A stretch of DNA of 63,464 bases, filler included, from Reticulomyxa filosa (Eukaryota; Protista; Foraminifera), in NCBI GenBank assembly GCA_000512085.1. It is 28 parts of 28 records of this genome, joined end to end, with 100 filler letters (N's around TTAATTAATTAA, not from the genome) between each part and the next. Parts side by side here need not be neighbours in the genome. Positions count along the whole stretch, not along the records: positions 1 to 1,445 come from ASPP01001858.1; positions 1,546 to 10,289 come from ASPP01026377.1; positions 10,390 to 12,496 come from ASPP01028072.1; 25 more parts are not named here. One strand, written 5' to 3'. This document shows positions 1 through 12,596 of the stretch, piece by piece. Position 1 is the stretch's first letter; each line of letters starts with the position of its first letter. The notes beneath the pieces were generated by a model. The model was not told where the DNA came from and did not search any database. It saw only the letters and a list, made by a program, of their open reading frames with translations. A program made the position numbers and the translations under genes.

Positions 1-42
1 AAAAAAAAAAAAAAAAGTCTATACAAAACACCAAAAAAAGCT

Positions 43-1355
43 AAATTAAAATGGAGATGCAAAGATGAGAGTAGTTGTAATGGAATGAAAATGCAGTGCA
101 GTGGAAAATGTGAGGTGCAATGCGAAAGCCAGAGCTGCACATTGGGGAAGATATTTGAAAGGTTTGAGTGTAAGCCAGGAGGGAAGTGTACATTGGACAT
201 TGGCGTTGAGATGAGCACATTAGCAACTCAAAAAAGAGCAGTGCCAGCCCCAACAACAGCAGCCCCAACAACAAAAAAGAAATCAACCAAACCGCCAACC
301 ACCAAACCACCAACCAAGCTACCAACCAAATCACCAACCAAACCCCCGAGCAAACAACCAACTAAACTTCCAACTAAACTTCCAACCAAACCACCAACCA
401 AACCACCAACCACTAAACCCCCAACTAAACTTCCAACCAAACCACCAACCAAACCACCAACCACCAAATCTCCAACTAAACTTCCAACTAAGCCACCAAC
501 CACTAAATCTCCAACTAAGCCACCAACCACCAAATCTCCAACCAAACCCCCAACCAAATTGCCAAGTAAACCTCCAACCAAATTGCCAAGTAAACCTCCA
601 ACCAAATTACCAAGTAAACCTCCGACTAAACTACCAAGCCAATTGCCAACGAAATCTCCGACGAAATCTCCAACGAAATTTCCAACGAAATCTCCAACGA
701 AATCTCCAACGAAATCTCCAACGAAATCTCCAACGAAATCCCCGACGAAACCCCCGACGAAACATCCCAGCAGACGGCCTACTCGCTTACCTATTGCCTC
801 GCTCACGGCCTTCCCCTCGGCGTCTCCGACCACAAAAAGCCCGACGCAAGTCCCATCCCAGAATCCCATCTCAATACCGATCTCGCTGCCCACGCAGAGG
901 TCGACATCTCCATTGCCTACTTTGCGTCCGACGTCCTCGCCGACCAGCGTCCCCACCCTCGCGGTGCAGCTCGGCCAGCAAGAAAACAGGCAGCACTTTT
1001 GTTACGAGTTATGTGTATATAATACGTACGTATATAAATTGTAACATATACATATATATATATATGTACATATGTACATCTGTACATATTGTATATGCAT
1101 ATAAGACATATATATATACATATCCATGTACATATTCGCTTATGCATGCAACTGGTTCGAACAACATCGACACGATCGACAAACAGGCACAAAGGGAAGG
1201 GTGGCAATTGGGTCCGTCTCGGGACTGCTGTTCTGCTGTGTAGTGGTGCTCGTCGGGAGACGTCTCTTGCCAAAAGGCTCATTTTTGATCGACGAAGACA
1301 CTGTCAAATTGAGCTCACGAATACGAGAAGATTTAATGGCCAAAGGAAAACCAGG
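43..1355 (+). CDS. Cys-rich, Pro/Thr/Lys-repeat (mucin/extensin-like) type I membrane protein, partial, intron-containing
   Basis: Cys-rich segment (WRCKDESSCNG..CSGKC..CESQSC..CKPGGKC), then a long PTKP/PTKS/PTKL tetrapeptide stalk. After a (TA)-rich intron comes a hydrophobic helix VAIGSVSGLLFCCVVVLVG followed by RR. Confidence 0.65.
280..765 (+). repeat. Coding 12-bp minisatellite (CCAACNAAANNN) encoding PTKP/PTKS/PTKL
   Basis: Directly visible tandem units, e.g. ccaacgaaatct repeated at 670-740. Confidence 0.9.
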
Positions 1356-1445
1356 TGTTTTTAAAAAAAAAAAAAAGAATGGAACATTATAAAAATAATC
1401 TATATTTCATGTGTAAACGTATAATACAAAATAAAGGTGCCACTG

Positions 1446-1545
1446 NNNNNNNNNNNNNNNNNNNNNNNNNNNNNNNNNNNNNNNNNNNNTTAATTAATTA
1501 ANNNNNNNNNNNNNNNNNNNNNNNNNNNNNNNNNNNNNNNNNNNN
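1446..1545. other. Artificial contig spacer (first of 27; others start at 10290, 12497, 13945, 17984, 19234, 20430, 22285, 24367, 28316, 31267, 32549, 33866, 35181, 40325, 41436, 44251, 46199, 48048, 49187, 50617, 52272, 53526, 56782, 58076, 59450, 62286)
   Basis: Identical 100-nt N44-TTAATTAATTAA-N44 block, with stops in all six frames, repeated throughout. Confidence 0.99.
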
Positions 1546-2072
1546 AATAGTCCAAAGTTGGACATCCGAGTGTTGTTTTGGACTAATGATAAAAGAATTT
1601 GTGGAGATGATAATATAAAATTGGAAATGACGAAAGAACTAAAGCAAATCAAGTTCGTCATTTATGTTTTTTATGACGAAATAATTGTCAATTTCGTACA
1701 TCAATATCATGTGCAAATTGAATTTGAAATATATTTTATTGCAAATATTAGCAAGATATGTGAAGTCTTTTAATTACAGAAATCACATAAACCTTGCACC
1801 GTGACAGAAGTGCTCAATTTATGAAGTTTTTTATGATTTTGTCAGCAAGTAAGTGAAGAATGACATTGGAACACAAAAAAGTAAAAATTAACTATTAAAA
1901 ATGCCAGTTTTTCACGTTTTCTGGTTTTAGTGCGGCGAGAAATTTGATTTCTTTGCTTAAAAAAGAAACCATCCACATTTTGTTTGTTAATATCAAATTG
2001 TGAGAAAAACAAAAAACAAACACTTCAAAACGTTTATACTGAGCAATAAATTAAATCTTGTTTGAAGTGTTA

Positions 2073-2726
2073 TTACATTCGTATCTGATAATCTCCGTTT
2101 TGGGTAATATATCGAACCCATGGGAGAGCTTGATAGCCACTCTTTTCCACAATTTTTAAGTATCGAACCTGTAACCAAACATAGAAAAACAAGCAATTGA
2201 GAGGCACTGCAAATGAAAAATGGAATTTTCCTTTCTTTTTTTAAAATAAGGCAACGTACTTGAATTCCAGAAACAGTAAAATAAGGAATTTCAAATTTGA
2301 CACGAATAGGAGCTTTTTCTTCGGTGTCTTCTTGACCAGCATCAGCAGCGCTGACACTTGGCAGCCCAAAGTGAGCACGCATTAAATATTCTTTCTGTCC
2401 ATTGAATTGTTTAATATTCCATCGAATGCAATTGGTATCTGGAAGATATTCAGCAGTTCCAATGGATACTTTAAATTTGGGTGAGTCAGCGTCCACAGGT
2501 ACTGGGACCAGTATTTCCACATTATTTGCAGTGGATCGCTTCTTGAACTCAGATTTTGCTTTGACCATGTACTCCACACGAGAATGAGACTTAATATCTC
2601 GGTGACATTCGATCCAAATCAATGGTCGAACTTTAGTATCTAGACGATAGTTCATCAGTTCAAATTCGCCGTCAGGAGGGACGAATGATATCACTCTCTC
2701 TGATTCAAATGCTGCAGTCGCACACA
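2073..2726 (-). pseudogene. AP1M: AP-1 adaptor complex mu subunit, C-terminal mu-homology part only (5'-truncated, frameshifted)
   Basis: ISFVPPDGEFELMNYRL...KFEIPYFTVSGIQ, intron (~2170-2259), VRYLKIVEKSGYQALPWVRYITQNGDYQIRM*. The upstream CVRL-AFESER needs a 1-nt frameshift near 2714, and no N-terminal longin region is recognisable upstream. Confidence 0.8.
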
Positions 2727-4172
2727 GATTCTTGAAAGTTTGTTATTGTTGGGTTCTCTTATTAAAAAAAGGAAATTTCGCAACATTCTCTAACGATCAT
2801 TCAATGAAATGGAGAAATAAAACCATTATATTGAAGTACTGATCATGTTTTTAAAATTAATTGTCCAAATTGCTGCGATCATTGTCAAGAAACGTTGTTC
2901 ATAAAAGTTGCCTGTTTTTCAAGTACTCTCGACTTTTCAGTCGTTCCTACTAAGTATTTGCCCCCTAAATTTCAAGGACAGTTGTCAAGTTGTTGGTAAA
3001 GTTTGAAGGAAAATAAGCAAAAAGAGAAATAAAGATTGTTGAGAATCCTTCGACCGCAGGTAAAAAGGCTAATCACTAATACGAAAAAAAAAGAAGCACA
3101 GCAAGTAAAACTTGGTGTTGTAAGAATAGACCGCAAATTCTTTGTTTGTTTCACGTCAAAGTCATTCCACTTCTTGTTTTCATTTTTTTTTCCGCTTTAG
3201 TGTGTATAAATGCATGTCTTTTTTTTGCATCCAGAATTGTAACATATTTTTTTTGAATAAAAACTTTTTCATTATTTGATATTTGTTACATTACAAATAA
3301 AGTATATATGTATGTAATGATTGAATAGGAAGCAGTAACAGCAAAAAATCAAGAAAAAGATGTCTCCACGAGATACGAAGCGAAAACAGCGGGCTAGGAG
3401 CCAAACGCCGCAAGGTTTGTCATGTGTGCAAAAATAAGAAAACAAGTGCGTTGTCTTTGTATTATGTAAGCATCTGATTGGTAGTTTATGATATATTAAG
3501 TGAAACAATATATTTGGATAGACAAATCAGGAACAGTTATCGCATCTGCACCACGCCAACACCAACACCAACACCAAGAACAGCAGCGACAAACCGAACA
3601 ACAACCAAAACAATCCTCCGGATCGCAGCAATTGGAACAGAAGCAAGAGCAAGTAGCTCAATTATCGTAGCGACACGGACAAAAAGTGACGAAAAGGGGC
3701 CTGAGAGAAACAGCAGAAGAAGCAGATGCTACAAGAATCGAGCAGGCCTCAAAGCGCTACAAAGTTCACTACTCTTTTTTTATTGTTTCAAAAAGGCAAC
3801 CAAAATGCGATTGATGAAGTGTGTTGTGTTGAATGTGACTTTGAATAACAAACATGATCAGCTATCGCAACTTTGTGTCAACGTTCACTCATTTGCAAAT
3901 GAATGGATGACAACATTGAAATGGTGTCAAAAGAAAGTGTGTTGATTTAAGCTAGCAAAGAGATTAACTATACGTTCATATATTGATTCTTTGGTTTTAT
4001 GAAAAGTGTACTAAAGTATAATTTAGTGTGATAAATGTGACAATTAAAATGTAGTAATGCAGCAAAGCCATCAAACTCAACAAATGCAATTGACGCAGTC
4101 TATACAATATTATCAATCAATGCGACCCATATATAACGACAGCCAAGTCACCACATCAATCAAGCTACCTCC

Positions 4173-4790
4173 AAGAAGAAATTGCTAGTGGCTGATCTTG
4201 ATGAAACAATTGTCTACGCTAACTTTAAAGTTTCGATTGTGTATTTATTTATATAACTATGACGTCGCGTGGATGGAATACGTGCATTAACAAAAAAAAA
4301 TAGCAAATAACAACTTCGACTTAGTCATAAATCAGATAGACTATAAAGTAAAACAGATGAATGCATATGTCAAGAAACGCTTATTTCTAGACATATTTTT
4401 GATGGAGTGATACAGTAATATGATATCATTGTTAGCGTACGGCGTGCTAGCTGTGTGAATACAAAGTTCTGGACAATATTGACTTACAATGTGTTATTGC
4501 AAATCTCATTTATGGCGACTGCATTACCTAGTTAGTGTCTAATCAATACACTAAAGCTTCGTGTATTTGTATATTTAAATAAAAATATTGTGACAATTTG
4601 TTTAAATATATCCATTAGTATTTTATATTTGATTTGTTTATTTGTCTGTAAATTGAATAACGCAATATATGAAATGACTTAAGACGTCTTGGCAAGACTC
4701 ATGATCATGTCATTATTGTCGATGACATTACAAGATTATATTTTAAGACATATTATGAACAATGTGCCGATTGTTAAATTTAAATGATAC
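4173..4790 (+). pseudogene. FCP1/SCP-type (NIF, HAD superfamily) CTD phosphatase pseudogene
   Basis: KKKLLVADLDETIVYANF (DxDxT motif at 4194-4208), AYVKKRLFLDIFL, KVLDNID and NDLRRLGKTHDHVIIVDD occur in family order but with stops and frameshifts. Not in the ORF track. Confidence 0.75.
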
Positions 4791-7428
4791 GAAAAAGGCA
4801 AACATTTTTCTATGCAAACAGACATCACAAACAAAAAAAGAATAATTTGTATTTCATTCATTTGATATTGCGAACAAATAAATAAACAAACAAAAAATCA
4901 ACATTATGTTGTGTAAATGTTAAGTACAATAATAACAATAGCTCAAACAATTGTTGCCATTGTTGTTGACCACTTTGCTTCAACTGACAATGCACAAGAT
5001 ATATTAGATTGACGTCAGTCGTTCGAGTGGCTTTGCAGCAAAATGGCAATCAATAGAAATATTGTTAATTGTTTAATATCTATTATGATTATTTTTTAAA
5101 AAAGACATTGAAATAAAACAAAAGTTTTGAATATAACGCATAAAACATTTGAATCATGCTAATGAATAACGAAAATGAATAATATTATATTCAAACATAA
5201 ATGTTCTGATGAAAGCTAGAAACATTAAGATGAAATTAATTGATAATATAAAGAATATTGAAATTGCAAATATGTAAATGTAATATATGTCGATTAAAGA
5301 AATTAAATGTGAATTATTGAATGGAATCGATTGATAAACAGATTCTAACACTTAAGTGACAAAGAAATTGGATTTGCAATATACCAAAGTAAGTATTTGT
5401 TTGTTGATGTTATACCAACTCGTTTTCGAGATATCTTTGTATACTTTGAATTTGATTGAAACAAGATTTTCATCTACTGAGCTGAAAAAGATTAAATTAG
5501 AATTATATTCGGCAATTGCAGTTTGCAATCTTTTTTTTATCAAAATGTATCTTAATGTTATTTAAAACATACTAGACAAATCCAAGTAATGATTTCACCA
5601 ACTATGTCTTGCAATTTGTTTTTTTACATAGATACAATATCAATGTTTATATTAGTCAAACTTTCACATAATTGCGTCTCAACGTATATATTCGACGTTG
5701 AAAAGTAAAAAAGGTAAATATTGTAAATGATATTCTCCGCAAGATTGTTATAATTAGATTTGTCAAATATATAGATTAGTTTATTGTCTATATGGAAGAA
5801 TGTTACCACGCTATGCTGTGTCTACATATTTATATAGATTACCTGATATGTGATCGTATATGACATTTGATCGTACGTTGTATCACAAAAGATAAATTTA
5901 TTATTTAACGTAAAATAAATATGTGCATATACAATAATAATAAAAAAGGATGCTGAAAGAAAGGAAGAATAGAAGGAGCATTTGAATGCCTTGTCGGCAG
6001 CTAAATTCGAATAATTAAACCATTTGAGTCAATACATACTTTTTTTATTTCACAAATACAATAAATTCAATGAAAACATAAATTATGCGCTACGTTTGTG
6101 TCTATTTATATATTGAAATTACAATGTGTGATATGATTATATCAAACAATTACGCAAAAAAGATATTGACAAGAAAACATAATAATACAATGGATGAGCA
6201 AATTTTAGTATTTTTTTTGCTGTTTGCTTATTGGAGCATTTGGATTAAAAGAATATCGTTAGAATATTATTTTCAATCTAAATGATTTTTGTTTTGCTTG
6301 AGTTTGCGTTGACTTTTTTTGTGTTGTTTTCATTTTTTGTATAATCTTTAGACTAAAAATTTTGTAGTGAATTAACGAATGTAATTTTTTTCTGAAACAG
6401 TTGTAATATCTTCAAGATCATGTTTATGTCACATAAGCAAAAATTTGTGTTAAAAATTAAATCATAAAAAGTTAGTAAAATTCCTTTCTGTTGTTAAAAA
6501 AAATAGCAATTGTCGAAAAAAAAAGATTGAATTTTCAAATTTTACTTGTGATATGCTTTTTAAAAAGAAAGTACGTTTGTTTAGTCTTAATAATTTTAAT
6601 TCAACATATCGAACAAACTTGGTAAAAAATTTATACGATTTACTAGAAATGCACAATAGTCGTGTTGAAATTTCTGTAGTTAATCCCTTGTTCGAATCCT
6701 TTAGCTTCTTTTCAAAAGTTAATGGTACAAATTGAGAAAGGGGCAAACACGCCAACACAACGATCGTCTTTACACAAAACTGGAATGATTTTACTGTTGT
6801 TTTTTTACAGCAACTATACGAATTTTTTGCTTGAATGTCTAAATTTAATCCTTCAAGATATTTTGGTCTCCCTACACTATGTTTTGAAAACAGTTGTATT
6901 GTAAAATATGTTTATGGAATCTGAAAGAATCATTGAGAAACAGTGAGCACGACAAAGTGTTATACAAAAGGAGCTTACAAACGTTTTTTCAATCCGTGTA
7001 ATTTTTTTAATCACTAACTCGAAAGATGGCAAAGAAATCTCATATCGAGCATTTGCAGATTTGTACTTCAAAAACAATGCTTATAAAAAATTGATCAAAT
7101 AAGTCAATGAATATAGATCCACTTTTAATGATCACTTCCAAAAAAAGACTTTTAAAACAACTTTTATTTGAACTGCACTGCTCGAATATCATGAATCACA
7201 TTTTTAACAAAAATTGTACGCTGTAGTACATCAAAACTCGCCTTAATCTGATGTATGTTTTAACAACAGGACTAATTGATGAGTTATTTGAGGCAACAAA
7301 AACTAGAAAAATCAAAGCATGAAAGAAGGGTAAAACTGTTGCCAATTGCCAACATTTTGGTAAGATACGTACAAATTCCTTTTTTCAGTTCGTTGTCTAG
7401 TCGATACGTAGTTGGAGGTACGATTTTC

Positions 7429-9037
7429 CTAAGGGGAGGGCAGTTTTGCATGTTCAATGTAATTTTTATAAGCGTCGGTTGTGGCGAAGCGAGTGTAACT
7501 ACCCCTCATTAATCGCAGCAATTCACTTAATACATCATCAAAGATAAAGAGAAGATCAGACAAGGATATCGCATCCAAATTATCTGTTTGTCTATCGATA
7601 TTTGTTAGAAGATGCATGAATTTCATCCGCATGGTATAAGGAAGATTCACTTCGTATTGTGCACTTGTTTTAATATATTTAATAATCAAAGAGCGCACTT
7701 TTTGTTGATCACTTAGACTATCATCGAATACAATAAATGATTGGGGCAAGTTGGCATTAATTGAAAATCGATTGTGGTGAGGATCATTGATTTCCACTGT
7801 ATTTACCTCGCACTTTTTTTTAATATTATCACGATATTGGCATAATTCCAAGTAACATAACAAATTCTCAGACGCAAATTCTATTTAAAAAAGTTTGTTA
7901 TGAAACAGCAAATTTGATGGGGAACAAATTCTTATAAGAGAAATAATTATAAAAAAACACCTGAAAATAAATGTCCCATGAATAACTCAAAACCTTTTAT
8001 GTCTTTTAAAAGAATACTCAAATCCACCGAAGCACGAGGCGAACTAGAAGCAGCAAGATGCATACTATTTGAATCGATATAAAGGCCAAGAATTTTGATA
8101 TTATGTTTGGTCACATAGCCGTCGATAACGTAATAATATTTTCGCAGTACCCACCACGTTGATCTCAGCATAATACAACTCATCCAAGAAAACGCAAAAG
8201 CACAAAATATGACTGATTCTGTAAACAAATCCATCCAAATGGGGAGTATTGCATATGATACAATGTATGTGATAACACAGGACAATCCACAATTGGAAAG
8301 GAATAGTAATTCTTCACGAACACCAAAATAATCTTTATACTTTGGAATTTTACATGCGAGAAGCATTGCAATGGATGAATAACATCCTGCTGGAATGGCT
8401 TGTATAAACCGCACCAAATTTACTCTCCACGTGAATCCAATAACCCTTTGTTCAATCCAAAAAGTCGTTTTTGCTACTGTTGCATATTTAAAGATACACA
8501 AAAAATATATGTAAGTTTGAATGTTTTTAACGTGTGAAATAAGATGACGACGCACATCGATGGAATTAAAACATGCGTCGACATCCACTTCAATCCAGTT
8601 AATTTAGAAGACCATCGAATGTACCACTCCGTAACATCATTTTTATCCTTTGTCAAAATATATGACTTCCATTTTTCTCGAAATGAATGCTCGCTGTAAT
8701 ACATCTCAAAAGCTATCATGCCAGCTCGCAACAAAAATATTTCACAAACTGGATATAAAGTTAGTGGGACCAATGTTTGAAAAAATATGGTGTGGTATAA
8801 ATATAGTTTTGTTTCATATAATCCTATTGCGTCAATAATTAAATATGATTGCAACACCAGACAATATATCAATATACATATATTTAGCCATACTACCAAC
8901 AACGGCTGGCGTTTACGAAAGGGCTCCTGGTTTCTCAACTTGTAAAAATAATACGTGTAGTACGCGGTTAAAGGTAAAAGAATGCACGAGCAAATAATGC
9001 ACAAACACACACCCATGGCCACATAACTAGTTCTCAT
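7429..9037 (-). CDS. 7TM-RGS protein (seven-transmembrane region fused to a C-terminal RGS domain)
   Basis: Seven hydrophobic segments, with the loop KIPKYKDYFGVREEL. RGS motifs GFELFMGHLFS|EFASENLLCYLE (intron 7881-7960), KYIKTSAQYEVNLP and IFDDVLSELLRLMRGSYTRF. The junction at ~8475-8530 needs an intron plus a 1-nt correction. Confidence 0.85.
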
Positions 9038-9651
9038 TTTTTGAAATGATTGATTTTAAAAATTTTTGGTTTGGCTTGTGCAAACGTTTCTTGCCCGGTG
9101 TTTACTTTAGCTTGGTTACAAATAACATTTATTGAAAAACATATTTGCCAGTCAACTATTTTGTTTTTTTGTTGAAAATCGTCATTTAGTAACATTTTCG
9201 TGACTTGAAGCAGCCAGCACCTCTCACAAAAGATAAACTTGACTACAAAATGGTGATAAAAATGATATCTCGAATTTCACGACAGGACAGACAACTGCAA
9301 CGCAAAACAAATCAAAACACAGAAAAATGATTATGCACACCAATTACTTTTACGTTTCGAAGAAATTTGCCACCCGCACATTCACTTATTTAACCTTGGA
9401 ACGAGACCGAAGATACGAAAAACAAACGACAGGTAAAAACAAGTCCAAAAAAGAGAGGCAAAAACAAACACACAAAAAAGACACGGGAAAATAAACAATA
9501 AAAAAAATTCTCCGCCTAACTGAGAGATAATAAACACAAGAGGGAAAAGAAAACAAGGAAAAAGTGTAGATTATCAAGTTTGACAATACTTTTCATTGGT
9601 TTTTTTTTTTTACATTCTTGTCAAACAATGTAACTGTTGGATTATACTATA

Positions 9652-10133
9652 TTACAAATTGAGAAGCTGCTTTCTGGGCGTTTTTGTTTCTTTCTCACTT
9701 TCTTCAGTCACGGACATTTCAATCAGCTCGTCTCCTTCCAACTCTGCATCGTCGTATTCAATAATGTTGCCAGACAGACGTTTGTTGAAAGTGCCATCAT
9801 TGGTGTAGCTGTGACTTTTACGTTTGCTATCACTTTCGCTGTTTTGGTTGGAACTTTGGGAATATGTTGGTGACGTCGGATGAGAGTACAAAGGAGAAAG
9901 AACGTTTTTTGCAGACACCGTGCCTGAAGTTCGTTTGGAGTTGTTGATAGGAGCCCATTCACGGCTTAGATCAGGGCGAGGATGGTTGGGGCGATCTCTG
10001 CCATTCGAGCTATCAGTCTTATCAGGAGACTCTGCAAATGAATACGATTGATGCAAGGAGCCATTGGCATTGTGATTGAAATTGCGAGGAGAATTAGTGC
10101 GAGTATCACCCCCATGATGTCCATCCACATCAC
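9652..10133 (-). CDS. Terminal exon of an unidentified Ser/Asn-rich, likely disordered protein
   Basis: Open frame after a (TA/CA)-rich intron ending atatag; coding-like composition; no domain recognised. Confidence 0.5.
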
Positions 10134-10236
10134 CTATATACATATACATATGCATATACATAAATAGGTGTATACATAAATAAATTGTGTAGCATGTGCA
10201 ACAAAGAACTACTTTAACAAAAGAAAAGTACACATA

Positions 10237-10285
10237 TAAAAAATAAAAAATAAAAAATAAAAAATAAAAAATAAAAAATAAAAAT
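10237..10285 (+). repeat. (AAAAAAT)n heptamer tandem repeat at contig end
   Basis: Directly visible. Confidence 0.8.
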
Positions 10286-12596
10286 TGTANNNNNNNNNNN
10301 NNNNNNNNNNNNNNNNNNNNNNNNNNNNNNNNNTTAATTAATTAANNNNNNNNNNNNNNNNNNNNNNNNNNNNNNNNNNNNNNNNNNNNCGACAAAGAAA
10401 CGTTGCCAAGACATTTGTGTGTATACGTATTTGGCACAAGCTATGAGTGGAATGATCGTGATCGACCTTGGATTCGCTTTGAAAAAGATCGCTTCGTTAA
10501 GCTGCTTACAAAATTGCAAACGTCTTCGCAATTCGAAAAACGTCTTCATGTACATCATTGCCACTTCACTGATGGCGAGTTGGACAAAGCTATTCATCTC
10601 TTTGTCCCGCCCGTTTCGTCCACTTTCAAACTGCTCACGCACTTTCATAGGCATTTCCAAGTTACTCGCTTATTTCAAGCTTGCGCTCATATTTTTTGAA
10701 TTTTTGTCTGTTAAAACTACATTTCTGGTTTTAACATTTGCAGAATGCTTCCAACATTAGAGGTCAATGTTTCAATACACTTTTTTTTTTTTTTTCCAAA
10801 GTTTTCTTGGTTTCCAATGACTAGTTTGTTTCATTCAATGATTTGAACTCCACACTGCTGAATGGAACTGTTCTTGCAAAGGTACATTTGTATCCGCAGA
10901 AATAAACTATTCTCAATTTTTAATTGCGTTCATTTGATATTTGCTAATCAAGGCAACAGTGTTTACTTCAACATTTCTGTACTTGTATGTGGATTTAGTG
11001 TATTCTAGTTCTTGTAAGGACAATAAACAACGAGCAACACATTAATTCAAATTGTTTAGAAAGAAAGTCTTCTTGCAAAGGCATTCGAATTATCGAGTGC
11101 AATAATCCAACTCAATCTTCCTTGATAACAATAGCCACAGCTCCTTTGCAATCAAATTGCAATATATCAAAGCTTTAATATTTGGATTACTTTTTTAAAT
11201 TAACTGGCTCAGATATATATCAGAAAGAATAATTGAAAGAAATGCTGCGATATTGAAAAAAAACTACAATCATTAGAGTACAACACACTTGCATTCAGTG
11301 ACGATAAATCATACAATGAGACTAATCACATTAAAAAAAAAAACAAATAAAGGTAAGTCAATGCGCTGACTTGTTACATCATTGAAGACAATACTACAAA
11401 AAAATATATATTGTGGCAATGTTGTTTCATTTTTGTCTTATATGCACTCCGATGTCGTGATAAGTCTTGCTTTGCTTTTGATCGATTATAGCGATTGTAA
11501 TCAATCGAATGTGTCTTTGGCAGCAGCCAATACGACCAGCAAAGAAGGAGATAGGGAAGGTAGTTGACACAACTGTGGTCCCCAGATTTGATTATGACAT
11601 CGACGCAATGACGAAATAGCGATAAAAAGGATCCAATAGAAATAATAATGAAAATCGCAATCGATCATAAGGCATTATTTTTATTCACATTAAATACAAT
11701 GACTTGGCCATTGTTTAATGTGTTGAGATGCTAATATTTTCTTGACTTGCATGTCATCTTGGAAAAGATCAATTCAATTTATATTTTGATACTCTCGATA
11801 TTGTGGACGGACCGATATCGTTTCCCGATCCAACATCTTCATGTACCTCTCGCATTGACACTATTTGTCGTTGTTTGATGCTGTTTCTTTTTGGGAGGGT
11901 CACTATATTATTACCTTTGGTATATCGCTTAACATCCATTATTTTTTTGCAGATAACACCTCCGTTCTAATCAAAACAGCAGTTCTTGCTTCTTCGTTTG
12001 AGGTTCCATCACTCTACACCACCAGTAGACTTAACACGTCCTAGTTGTTATAAACACAAAGACAATAAACAACAGCTTAATTCAAACTGCTTTAAAAGAA
12101 AGATAAAAGTAATCAGTATTGTTTTAACTTCAATTCTCTTTCAAATGCATTCCAAAATCATACAATTCGATCATTTACTTCCAATCTTCATTAGCAACAA
12201 TAACCACTGTTCTTTTGAATCCAATTGCGATATACCAAAGCTTTGATATCTCTCACCAAATCAACACGAAGATCATACCAATTTATCGGAAATGTCTTCA
12301 TGCATCCCTGGTGTGTCGATATCGTGGGCCATATACACATAATCACAAATACATATGAATGATAGACGAATATTTGACCGATTATATATATAATGACCCG
12401 AACGATAGTTGTGTGCTAATTTGGATTTTGTTATGTGATTGTAAATACACAATGTCCATTGCCACTCCGTTTCATTTCCGTTAATAGCATTCATAANNNN
12501 NNNNNNNNNNNNNNNNNNNNNNNNNNNNNNNNNNNNNNNNTTAATTAATTAANNNNNNNNNNNNNNNNNNNNNNNNNNNNNNNNNNNNNNNNNNNN

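Noticed and set aside
228-956. Val/Gly-rich minus-strand ORF (VGGL repeats)
   Set aside because: Reverse complement of the PTK minisatellite.
10390-10700. Overlapping ORFs on both strands at the contig start
   Set aside because: The plus-strand 98-aa frame looks protein-like, but no homology is recognisable.
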